A stretch of DNA of 64,000 nt from Octopus vulgaris (taxonomy: Eukaryota): the NCBI GenBank assembly GCA_951406725.2, contig OX597823.1:51522001-51586000 (forward strand). The letters are read 5' to 3'. Positions 52,633 through 64,000 of the stretch are shown here, one piece after another. Position numbers and translations under genes: made by a program. Numbering within the stretch: the stretch's first letter is position 1; each line of letters starts with the position of its first letter. The notes under the pieces were generated by a model. The model searched no databases. It was not told the DNA's origin and saw nothing but the letters and a program-made list of their open reading frames with translations.

Positions 52633-53176
52633 TGTCAGGTCACTTTCGAGTGCTACTGGTAACATGTAACCCAGTACAACCTGTTGCATCGTCGGGTCGT
52701 CGGCGACTAAACCGGCAACCCCACCAAGCTTGCTTGGTGAGGAGGGTGTTTATTGGACACCCTGCGGGATGAAAAACAGAAACCCTTCAAAGGGCGGAGG
52801 AACTCTTGAGAGTCAACGGCCATCCAATAAATGTCCTAAGGATGTTTCATGCGCGGGGACATAGAAATAATCGGATTGAATACACGATCGCGCGGTTAAA
52901 CCATTGGGAGTGAAGGACTCCTAGCCTTTGTTAGGGTATCCTTCTAGGAGAAGTTAACTCCGACATAAAACCTGCGGCTCAGTGGTTACCGATGATGTTG
53001 ACTTGTTCTTCTTTTCGGATTATGACTGCTGAGGCTTAGTGAGTGGGATTGACTCAGTGCACAGCCTTTCCTCACTTTAATAAAAGTCTTCTTGCACAGG
53101 CATTGCACGATAACATCATTGATTAAGCTTCGTGCAATGACCATACTCGATAACGAGGGGGCAGCCACCACCATGC
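52633..53176 (+). mobile_element. Non-autonomous bipartite RTE derivative (structured 5'UTR-like part fused to RTE 3' tail)
   Basis: Contains the RTE 5' motif CTAGGAGAAG.TAACTC.GA.ATAAAACC. Its 3' 47 nt match the tail of the RTE fragment at 55828-55873 with 2 mismatches. No ORF. Confidence 0.72.
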
Positions 53177-53519
53177 ATATAGGTATGTATGTATGTATGT
53201 ATGTATGTATGTATGTATGTATGTATGTATGTATGCATGCATGCATGCATGCATGCATGTATGTATGTATGTATGTATGTATGTATGTATGTATATATGT
53301 ATGTATGAAACAAAAAGTGAATGAAGAGGTGACGAGAAAGAAATAGAAACAGAAAGTAAAAGAGGGGATATGAGAGAATGTCACCAAGAGCAATTGATGC
53401 ACATTTGTTTATACGTTGAGAGTATATAGAAAAGTACGTTCATGTATAAAAAAAATATTTGTGTACACACATACATACATGCATAAATGCACAACCACAC
53501 ATGCACGCACACATACAGA

Positions 53520-53555
<36 letters not shown>

Positions 53556-53631
53556 TATATAGCGATGGAGGGTTAAAGAAGCTATATTATTGCTAACTAG
53601 TAAATATTCATTCTTATACACAAACATAAAT

Positions 53632-53663
<32 letters not shown>

Positions 53664-53755
53664 ACATAGAAATATGTACGTATATGTGATTTTATATACA
53701 CACATATATACGAGTGCGTATATGCATATGTATGCATATACATATATAATATATA

Positions 53756-53791
<36 letters not shown>

Positions 53792-54624
53792 ATATATATA
53801 TATATATGTATGTATATATATATATATATATCTATGCGTGTGTGTGTGTGTGTGTGTAAACACATATCCAAATATACATTCATATATACATACTTATATG
53901 TGAGAGGGTGTAGTCTGTATGTAAGTATTATATACATGTACGTACAAGTGTTGCTTTAAGTTAGAGAGATGCTCATGAAATTGTTTATTACTAAGTGCAT
54001 CCAAGCATTAATGTAGATTTGATAACGGAAATGTTTTTAGTGGTAACATAATTTGACTACAACTTTCTAGCGTGAATGTTTTAAAAGAGTCATTGATGTA
54101 ATAAGTCAAATAGTAAAGAAATAGTGGGTAGCAGGTGCTTGAAGTCAATAATGTTAAGCTGTTAACTGCCTTGTAACTTATCAAAAGTGTATACCAGCTA
54201 GAAGTCCACTGTAAAAAGTCCAAAGTAAAAACGATTTTCTTTCCCGTTCAGCTCATTGAAATTGTTTTCTCCGGACGTATTTGCATTATCGTGTTTCTTG
54301 AATAAAATAGCTTAATTTAGACGGAGAATAAGTTTGAATATTCGTATTGCAACAGGAAATTAAAAGGAAAAATGGAAAGACATTCCAACTCCTAAAAGTA
54401 ACAAATTGAAAACATAACACCTTCTGGAGATTAAAATTCAAGACAGCATTAAAATATTATATCTATATTTCAACTCCTCAACATTATGATTTAGTCATGC
54501 TAAACGTGCTACGATATGCGAATTAGAAGCTCTAATCTTAGTGTGTCCCAAGCTTATTATACTATTTCCCATGGACGTCCTACAGGATTTTTGAATGCAA
54601 GTCACAATAATTTGTATAGAGAAT

Positions 54625-55487
54625 AGCATAGAGAATATATTCTCTTACACCTGAAGACCACAGCCGACCCACGAACTAACAGCGCACATATTTTGTAGAT
54701 ACGTATTTGATTTTGTTCATATACCTATTTCTTTACTACCCACAAGGGGCTAAACACAGAGAGGGCAAACAAGGACAGACAAACGGATTAAGACGATTAT
54801 ATCGACTCCAGTGCGTAACTGGTACTTATTTAATCGACCCCGAAAGGATGAAAGGCAAAGTCGACCTCGGCGGAATTTGAACTTAGAACGTAGCGGCAGA
54901 TGAAATACCTATTTCTTTACTACCCACAAGGAGCTAAACACAGAGAAGACAAACAAGGACAGACAGACGGATTAAGTCGATTATATCGACCCCAGTGCGT
55001 AACTGGTGCTTAATTCATCGACCCCGAAAGGATGAAAGGCAAAGTCGACTTCGGCAGAATTTGAACTCAGAAGGCAACGGCAGACGAAATACGGCTACGC
55101 ATTTCGCCCGGCGTGCTAACGCTTCTGCCAGCTCGCCCTGGAAGGGCTTCTGAGTCATATTTGAATTCTTCTGTGACATGAAACGTTGGGACATGTAAGC
55201 AGATGCTGTTTAAATCATTTAGCGTATAATCATAGTCGGCGATATGGCTTGTAGCAGGCCTTCTTCGGTATGCAGTGTTGATAAGTCACAACAATGACGA
55301 AATGTCGATGTCTCTCGCTCCGAGAAGGAACCTATGTTTCTTACCTAGCTCGACTATGACTTATGACTATGACTGCTTTTCTGCACCAGGAGCATAGAGA
55401 ATATATTTTTTTACGCCTAAAAACCGCAGCCGACCCAAGAACTAACCGCACACATACCTCGTGTATGTGTTCGATTTTGCTTTCATA
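54625..55487. repeat. Diverged ~95-bp direct repeat (54625-54720 and 55391-55487) separated by a SINE
   Basis: AGCATAGAGAATATATT.T.TTAC.CCT.AA.ACC.CAGCCGACCCA.GAACTAAC.GC.CACATA occurs in both. Confidence 0.8.
54721..55138 (-). mobile_element. SINE family B: head plus two tandem body units (184-bp period)
   Basis: ATACCTATTTCTTTACTACCCACAAG at 54721 and 54905. Antisense head GCTTCTGCCAGCTCGCCC ends at 55138. Confidence 0.95.
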
Positions 55488-55824
55488 CCTCGAGTTTCGT
55501 CTAATTCATATTACAAAAATGAGTGTCAACGTAATGCTGTCCTGCCCCATAGTCTATTTTAAATCATACTGTGATGCCATTTGTTATTATTTAGATCTGT
55601 AACAAGATGTGAAACTTCGAGTATAAATGAAGTGAATGTTGGAATTTATAAAAATTATATTCTCTACCACGTGTACTTGCGGCACCCGGTACCTAATATA
55701 CATACATACGTACATACATACATACATACATACATACATGCATACATACATACATACATACATACATACATACATACATACATACATACATACATACACA
55801 TACATACATACATACATACACATA

Positions 55825-56100
55825 CATGATGGCTGCCCCCTCGTTATCGAGTATGGCCATTGCACGAAGCTTAACTATTATTGGTGCTGTGATGGAATGT
55901 GACTTTTTAGCCCAGCTAAAGATCTACAATGTCTTGCACAGAACTGACAACTAAAACCTTTACCGGTAATAGCCGGCTGTAGTTGTAACTGGGCTTCATG
56001 TACCTGTGCATGTCGTTTAAGTCCTCCTGCCGAATTACACTCTCTTCCACATGCCCGACAGATATGATTAGTACGGTGTGTTACACCACCACCAGTGGCC
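55825..56100 (-). mobile_element. 5'-truncated RTE-clade LINE 3' end encoding two C2H2 fingers
   Basis: HICRACGRECNSAGGLKRHAQVH..FSCQFCARHCRSLAGLKSHIPSQH*, the RTE-type C..C.R.C.S..GL.SH motif. Short 3' UTR with stem-loop CTCG ATAA CGAG, then (TATG)n. Confidence 0.85.
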
Positions 56101-56239
56101 ATACATACATACATACATACATACATACATGCATGCATATGTGTGTATAGATATCGACATAGATATACACATGTAAGTATTTATGTATCAATACTTGTGT
56201 ATCTATATAAAGTTGTGTGTGTGTGTGTGTGTGTGTGTT

Positions 56240-57411
56240 TGTAGAAAGAAGAGTGCGCATAATTTTTCTTTCATTGAACTGATATCGAATGTTCGAATTT
56301 CACATGTTGGTAGAGCATCTAGTATACTAACTCTTCATCTTGTTCTTTGTCGTAAGCAAAAAAAATGGATGTCAAGCAGAAACACCGTACTGTCATTGAG
56401 TTCTGGACGAAGGCGAGGTGTAGGCTGACGGACATCCACAGAAAGCTGTTCACGGAGATAATACAAGTGATAAAATTAATGTGCAGAGACGGACAAAAAA
56501 GATTTAAAAAGGGAAACCAGCATTGAAAACAAACCATAAAGCGGAAGGCTCTATACTGCGGCAACAGAAACGTATCATCTGCAAATATGTGAACATGTCC
56601 TCGCAAAAAGAGGAATCACAATAAGTGGTCTTGTTGCTCTACTGAACTGGAGTCACAATGGTTCATATTGAATGGTGGAAGACGTGGACACCGGAAAGTA
56701 TCTGCAAAGTGGGAATCTCGGCAGCTGACACCTCATTTGAAGAAGAGAAGTGTGTAGCATGCGCTCGTCTGCTGGAAGCCGATGAAGGCAGGTTTTTTTC
56801 TTTCCGATCTGGTCACTGTCTATGAAACCTAGGTGTATCTTTATGATCTAGAAACGAAGGCTTAATACTTTGAATCATACCTCTTCTCCAAGTTCAAGAG
56901 CCTGTGATGGATGCTAAAACGCATAATGACTGGGGAAAGGATATCATATTCCCTGTTTTTGTGGTCGTAGCTGTACATTTAACAGTTAGCAGTACATTGA
57001 AACACTGATTAAGTTTAGAGAGACCAGTAGAAGGAATGAGAGTAAACAAGCATTTGAATACGATCCACATTCACTATAACAATGAGCCACTTAACACATC
57101 TTTGACAATTAATTAGGCAATCACCAAACTGAGATGGTCAACGATATCCTATCGGCTGTACGTCTCGGGTCTGGCTTCCTCCGACTTCCATCCGTTTGGT
57201 CCAATGAAAGATAATATTCGTGGCCAACGATTTGATGACACAGGCAGAATGTAGGTGGTTGCAAAGGAGTGGGTAGAAAGAATACAGACCTCAACTAATT
57301 TAAAGAGGTTCAAAACTTGGTGGTCAACAATGGCACAAAGGCATCGCTTGTAATGGAGTTTATGTTGAGCAGTGCTTTATATGAAGGAAGCATTACTTTA
57401 TAATCTTGCAC
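56240..57411 (+). mobile_element. Near-full-length decayed mariner transposon
   Basis: From ATG 56365: MDVKQKHRTVIEF..DIHRKL..SGR; RKVSAKWESRQLT (WVPR); LVTVYET*VYLYDLETK (first D); HYNN (HDNA); YVSGLASSDFHPFGPMK (YSPDLAPSD); QWHKGIACNGVYVE. Many stops and frameshifts. Confidence 0.88.
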
Positions 57412-57472
57412 AATTAAACTGTGTCATTTAACAGAATTATGACCACTTTTGCATTACTTTCTATAGAAATCT

Positions 57473-57544
<72 letters not shown>

Positions 57545-57548
57545 CATA

Positions 57549-57593
<45 letters not shown>

Positions 57594-59003
57594 TGTATGT
57601 GTATATATAAATGTGTGTGTATGGAGAGAGAGGAGAAACATAAGAATGTAATACAGCAGACGGCAAACATGTGGAAACCCATTGTATATATATATGTGTG
57701 TATCTGATCTGGGCCTCCGTAAGAGACGATGGATCTGCACCTAGAAATTTCCTTAATAAAATGTAGGCGTGAAAATATTTCCATTTTTTATTTTGTTTAT
57801 TTATTTATTGTTATGGAAGACCAGCAGTCGCTCATGCGTGCAGTTTTCCTCTCACAAAACCATGGATATTATCCAAAGGGAAAGGCAATACAACTTTTCC
57901 TTCATTTTATAATCGAGCCTCTCCTTTGTGTTCCCTTTCACAACTTGTATTGTATCTCTCTTAGTATGCCTTTTACTTTCCCTACTTACTCTCTCTCGCT
58001 CTCTTTTTCCTCATCTCCTTTCAATATCTGTTAATGTTCAAAAGAATATGTAAAATACAATAAGGACATGAAAATGAAATAATGTAAATGAAGATCACGC
58101 GACCAACGGACACACACACACAAAAAAAAAATGCTTTGGTTATACGATTACAAAAACAAAATGACACCGGATATGTTTATTGTTAAATTACAATTGGATT
58201 AGAGCAAAGCAATATAAAGAGATGGCGTGAGTAAAAACGTTGAAGATGTATCATCAACAAAGCTAACAGAAGAAGCAATAACCAAAAGTCACTGCAGTTA
58301 ATGATGCCATTGTCCTCTATCGGAAAGCGTACAAGTAATATTTCCTCTTCTGTATATCGCCACAAATATCTGTCTTAAAACCATAACTTTATCCTTTCCT
58401 CCTGCTTCCATTTTCTCCTCATCTTTCAATTTCCCATTTCAATCTAAGTCCCCTTCACCAAATGTCTCTAAAATGTCTCTTTCTATCTTTTTACCTTTTT
58501 TTTTCTTTTTTTTTTTTAGTTTTTCCTCTCGAGGAAGTATGAATTTAAATGATTTGTATTGTGTAAGGTTGTTGGTATTATATGAAAGGGGAAAGAAATC
58601 AGATCTGATATAACGTCAATAGATGAAATATATCTGGTAATATCGGAAAATGAAGCTGAATGACAAAAACGTGAGTGAACAAAGAATCGCTTATCGTTTG
58701 GACTTGTTTGTGACTCTGACACTATGTATCTAGTATGATTTCTTGTCGGTGTAGTGTATCCTTTAAGGATGGTACGAGAATACAGAAGGTGTTTCAATGA
58801 TTCTAAAACCTTCTGTATTCACATAGACGCATTAAAACTATTTGTTTTCTTTTACACTAATTATTTTTAGCAATTAGTTCAACGCTGCTCCCAGTCTGTA
58901 TTTGTTACTGTCTTCGTCCCTCTTCCTCATATTCCTCTCGCTTTGTATAGTTGTTTCATGCACTCCACTTACCTTTTGTGTGTAACGGAATTTTGTGAAA
59001 TGT

Positions 59004-59040
<37 letters not shown>

Positions 59041-59325
59041 AGGTTACTCGGAATAAGATAATCCAGGCATTTACTGCGGGAAGCACTCCCTAGGTAGCTA
59101 GGTGATTATATATATATATATATATATGACGTTGCAAGCATAGTTAGCCCATTGTAGGCCTACATGTATATAGATAGATTGTAGGAAGAGTCACCGTGGA
59201 ATTGTTGGAACATTGTCCATTATGAAGCAAAATTAATATCATAATCTCCCAACTTCTATTTTTTACTATATGCATACATATACATACATATTTACATACA
59301 TTCTATACATAGTTACTTATATGCT

Positions 59326-59399
<74 letters not shown>

Positions 59400-60053
59400 T
59401 GTGTATACACGCATATATATACATATGTGTGTAAAAGGGCGTCATATTCATGCACCTTAGAAAATTTGTAAACTTTTAAAATGTCAAATCAGAGAACTTC
59501 AGCAAATGTTGACACTGCGATAATTATTTGCTGACATACTACACAAACTAAATGAACTGATTAATAGTTAATACACCGTCAATTACTATTATCAATTCAA
59601 AATGATTTGACAACATGCATTGTCAAACTATATCTTAATTTCCCACGTATACTCTCCTTCCTTTACCATATAGAAATTAGTCGCAGTTTATTTTCAGTTC
59701 TTCCCAAACCAATCAGAATAACGTTCATTTCTAGGTAACTTTTAGGAAGTAATGAGTTATGCATTTTGTCAAAACTTTATCACATATTGCAAGTCAAGAC
59801 AAGAAACATTGTCGATGAAGAAAAGTAACATGCGATTATATACTTCAAACCATGAGGTAGTATTGGCAGAACGATTACACATACTCTCTCTCAAAACACA
59901 CGCACACTTGCACGCACACACACACCTTTTATATGCATGCACGTATGTATGTACGTATGCATATGTGAATGTATGTATCTACCTAAATATATATGTACTG
60001 TATATGAATATATGTATCTACCTAAATATATATGTACTGTATATGAATATATG

Positions 60054-60084
<31 letters not shown>

Positions 60085-60506
60085 TATGTACGTATAATAT
60101 ATATATGTATATATATAATATATACATATATGCATATACATATACATATATACATATATATATAGACATGTATACATATATGCATATATATATAGACATA
60201 TATACATAGATATATGTATATATATATATATACATATATACATATATGTATATATATATACATATATACATATATGCATATGTATATATACATATGTACA
60301 TACATGCATATATATACATACATATACATATATATGCACATATATACATATATATGTAAATACATACATATATATATGTATATACATATATATATATGTA
60401 TATGCATACATACAAATATATATAAAATATAAAAGTGGAGGTCGATATATATATATAGAAAGAGAGATAGATAGATAGATACATACATACATACATACAT
60501 TCATAT

Positions 60507-60768
60507 CCACTTGACCACGTGACCGAACAAACGAGAAGTTCTTGTTACACATCACTGATCACAATGCGCTTTGCATCGTTTTAAACTTTGAATGACGCCA
60601 CCTCGCTGGCTAAGTGAACAGGCCAACTTCACCACCTGATCGAAAGGTGGACTGGAGCAACAAGAAAATAAATGTCTTGCTCAAGAACACAACACGCTCA
60701 CTGATCGGGGAATTGCACCCACGATATAGTGGTCGCCAGTGCAACTGTCTGACCACTAGGCCAACCGC
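60507..60768 (-). mobile_element. CORE-type tRNA SINE (related to family C, different tail)
   Basis: Minus strand GCGGTTGGCCTAGTGGTCAG..GGGTGCAATTCCC..GTGTTGTGTTCTTGAGCAAGACATTTATTTTCTTGTTGCTCCAGTCCAC. Confidence 0.8.
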
Positions 60769-60848
60769 TTTGCACACACACACGCAAGCACACAGAAGCA
60801 CATATACACACACACATATTATGTATATACATAGATAAATACATTATG

Positions 60849-60943
<95 letters not shown>

Positions 60944-61856
60944 TGTTTGTGTGCGTATCTATATGTATAGGAATGAATGAGATAGAGAGAAGAGAATTGA
61001 ATAGAACATAGCAGTAAATATTTCTTGAACATCTTTCTTGCTCTCAAAGTAATCCGATTACATGCAAATGAAATGCAAAAGAAGTGGTCTTTAATACATA
61101 CCGTTTTGCGGGGATATTCAATGACCAACAATTTTCTTTATATTTTATCCCCAATTGTGTATAAAAGTAATAAATTATTTATGAATATATAGGTAAATAT
61201 TGGTAGCAAAACACTGCGAATATTTTTACGTTTACTTTATCGACATCTTGCATTTATTTATTCTATTTTTTCTTTACTTCTGTTCATTGATTGCTCCAAT
61301 TTCAACGGTGGACAATGAAAATAATTATACCGTTGAATTACTTAAGCTTATACGTCACACGCATACTTAGACACACCTACACCACACGGATACACACACA
61401 GACCCGTGCATGCTTGCAACGAACACACGTATATTTATATTTATATACAAATGTTTTTCTATGCGCGGGCGCATGAAAATGTCCCATAAATAAGGCAGTA
61501 TTTATAGATGTGCTTTGTAATCGAAAATCTGACATCTATTGAATACATTTGAGAGTTTTTCTATCTAATGTCCAAATAGTTCGTGGCCTTCTTTATAATG
61601 CAACTCATGACTTTCAGCAGTTTGACAGTATCTCAATGCAACGTCCACACACACATTATCATACACACATTATTGAATGTTAACTTCTCGAATTTTTGTT
61701 TGACGTTTTCCTCAGAAAAAAGAATAAGGAAATTTTTTTGAAAAGAAGCTGGCGTGGTTCATGTATTTGATTCAGGTGTATTAGGGACACTTTAGCTGAA
61801 AAGAAGTGACAACTTGCCAAGTCATTAACAACTTTATATACATCTTTATCAATCTG

Positions 61857-62225
61857 CTAGCAGTATCGCTCGGCGTTGCTCGGGTTTGTTTCGACCCTTT
61901 AGAATTAGAATTTTTGAAAAGTAAAAATTTTGCATTATGTAGCTTGTTATTCTCTTTAAGTGGACATTTTTCTGGTTGAAATACACCGAAATATAGCGAC
62001 ACAACAGTAAAAAAATCGTAAAAAATAGGGACCTTTTTGGTGTAAGTAATTTTTGATCTTAACATGTTCCGATTTGAATTTTATCTTCTACGGAATAAAG
62101 AGCAAGCCTTCTTCTATCATACTCTCAATTTTGGTCAACTTGTGCGGCAGGGTCTCGGAGGAGATAGTGTTAGTTGAAGGCTACCAAACCTGCCACACAG
62201 ACAACTTCAGCTTTATATATATAAA
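61857..62225 (-). mobile_element. Non-autonomous Helitron
   Basis: Minus strand starts T(T)TATATATATAAAGCTGAAG (like TC-TATATATATAAA Helitron 5' ends). It ends with an imperfect GC-rich hairpin CCCGAGCAACGCCGAG followed ~8 nt later by CTAG. Confidence 0.75.
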
Positions 62226-63143
62226 TTTAACTGTCTTACCAGCTATCTACCTAATACACACACACACACACACATTATTTATAAGATTCATTAGAGTCTA
62301 GGGGCATCAACACGTAGGACGCCAGGACTAGCTAGGTATCATAACATTAACTTCACAGTAACGTAAAAGAACTAGGTATCAAAGAAGAAGAATTCAGGTA
62401 ATGTTTAAAATTTATACAGTTGTTTCGGTAGCATTTTATTGGTGCATTCATACATTACATCATAGCATAAATCGACTATTCGCAGGTAGGAAAAGTGTGA
62501 TAGGGGTATGATGATATGATACAAATTCGGGAGTACCAACCGATTACATAGCTTTTGATACTCAACTGGTTCTCCATTTTATTTATCCTGGAACGATATA
62601 TTGAAATATTTATATCGGTCAGATTTCAAACGATAAAACCTGAAAGACCGCATGTAACTACTACACTATACTTGTTCTGCCAGTCAACACCACTTACCTC
62701 TAAATATGGCACAAACTGACGTACTTCATTGCCGTAATTATCAGTAAATCTGCATACTTATATTATAAATCTGCTTGTCACTCCGTTTGTAAGGTAGCAC
62801 GTGCTCTACGTTCTGTCTGCTTACCGTTGCTCTTGCTTGGCTCGAGTTACCACACGAGTTAGTGGTAAAGCCATGTAAATCCAGAACATATAGAGAAAGC
62901 TTTCTAATGACTATAAAATGGACTTAAGGGTAAATATTAGTTTCTAAGTTATTACATATGTGAATTGTTAGTTTGCTGGTGTTTTTCTCGCTAACTTTTA
63001 TATTGGTAGGTTTGCTTGGGTTTCTATAGTGGATTTTTATGACATCACAACTTTTGGTTTTAGCATATCTGTACCATTGTCATTCATATTTTAGTTATAT
63101 AAAGAGCGTATTTAAGTGAATAAATACATTTGATTACATAAGG

Positions 63144-63273
<130 letters not shown>

Positions 63274-64000
63274 GAGCACATTTAAATTATATTATTGCAT
63301 TCAAAACAAGCAGATTGTTGATTTTGATTTGATCCACTCCGATCATAAACAGCCATTAATGACAGGAATGATGATTGAGCAGAAATTATTTTAAAGTAAC
63401 ATACGCACCAGGAAGTATTGCTCTGCGTCGAAGAATGCTTTCAGTGCGACCTACTGAATAATTTCCGTAGGAGCAGAAATTATTTTTTAAATATGCAATA
63501 TAAGAATGTCATAAAGATTTCCCACTCTATGGAATATATGCGGGTCCAGCTAGTTAGCAACTATTTCGTCAGGTTCTCGTTTTGAAATTCATCTCATCAT
63601 GCCTATCTATTTGGCAAAGGGATTTACTTAAGCTGACTCTATCTTGACACAAATTCTTCTCCAATTATATGAATAAGTCGGTTATCGGATGCACCTTGGT
63701 ATCGCTGGTTCTTACTTCCTTTAAATGGGACAAATTTCATCTGGCCGTATTGATATTGCATCAGACATTAACAATAGGAATTAGGAGTTTGCATCCTATT
63801 TCCTCTAGAGTACTTAGTGAGAGGCAAAACACTTAATATGGACTACCTATGGCTGTAAATTAGTACAATGTGTAGGCCAGCTCATCATTGTACGTAATAA
63901 ATGTGCAAATAGAAATGGAAGGCAAATTGAAATCCATTAAGATTTAAATGCAAGCAACGAGAAGCACAGCATTTGTGACAGAATATCAACTTGGGCAGGT

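Noticed and set aside
52636-52960. Assignment of the RTE-derived 5' structure to HDV-like, twister or pistol ribozymes
   Set aside because: Partial resemblances only: no P1 partner or catalytic C for HDV, no L4/T1-T2 for twister, no pseudoknot complement for pistol. Left as unclassified structure.

Overview
AT-rich, repeat-saturated, non-coding eukaryotic DNA. The tRNA-derived SINE families and the (TA)n/(TG)n/(TATG)n density point to an octopus (coleoid cephalopod) intron or intergenic region; this is inference from repeat content. I find no credible host protein-coding gene: almost all listed ORFs are translated microsatellites or SINEs. The window holds about 30 SINE copies of three families and decayed LINE fragments (L1/Tx1, R4/Dong, RTE, probable CR1). 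It also holds a Penelope-like (PLE) GIY-YIG ORF remnant, Tc1/mariner relics, hAT MITEs with 8-bp TSDs and a non-autonomous Helitron. The most interesting signal is RNA-structural. Several short non-coding elements embedded in (TA)n tracts carry hammerhead ribozyme (HHR) motifs: two full type I HHRs with unrelated sequences but shared architecture (3112-3175 +, 42428-42489 -), one canonical minimal HHR (4139-4173 -), and a minimal HHR family with a non-canonical CUGU(U/A)GA core (28874-28911 and both arms of a palindrome). That ~1 kb palindrome (45411-46414) is centred on one of these elements and contains nested hairpins. Other notable items are a highly structured bipartite RTE derivative that shares its tail with an RTE fragment, both flanked by (TATG)n, and a SINE that forms 184-bp head-less tandem units joined at a palindromic junction. 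All alignments and folds were done by eye.
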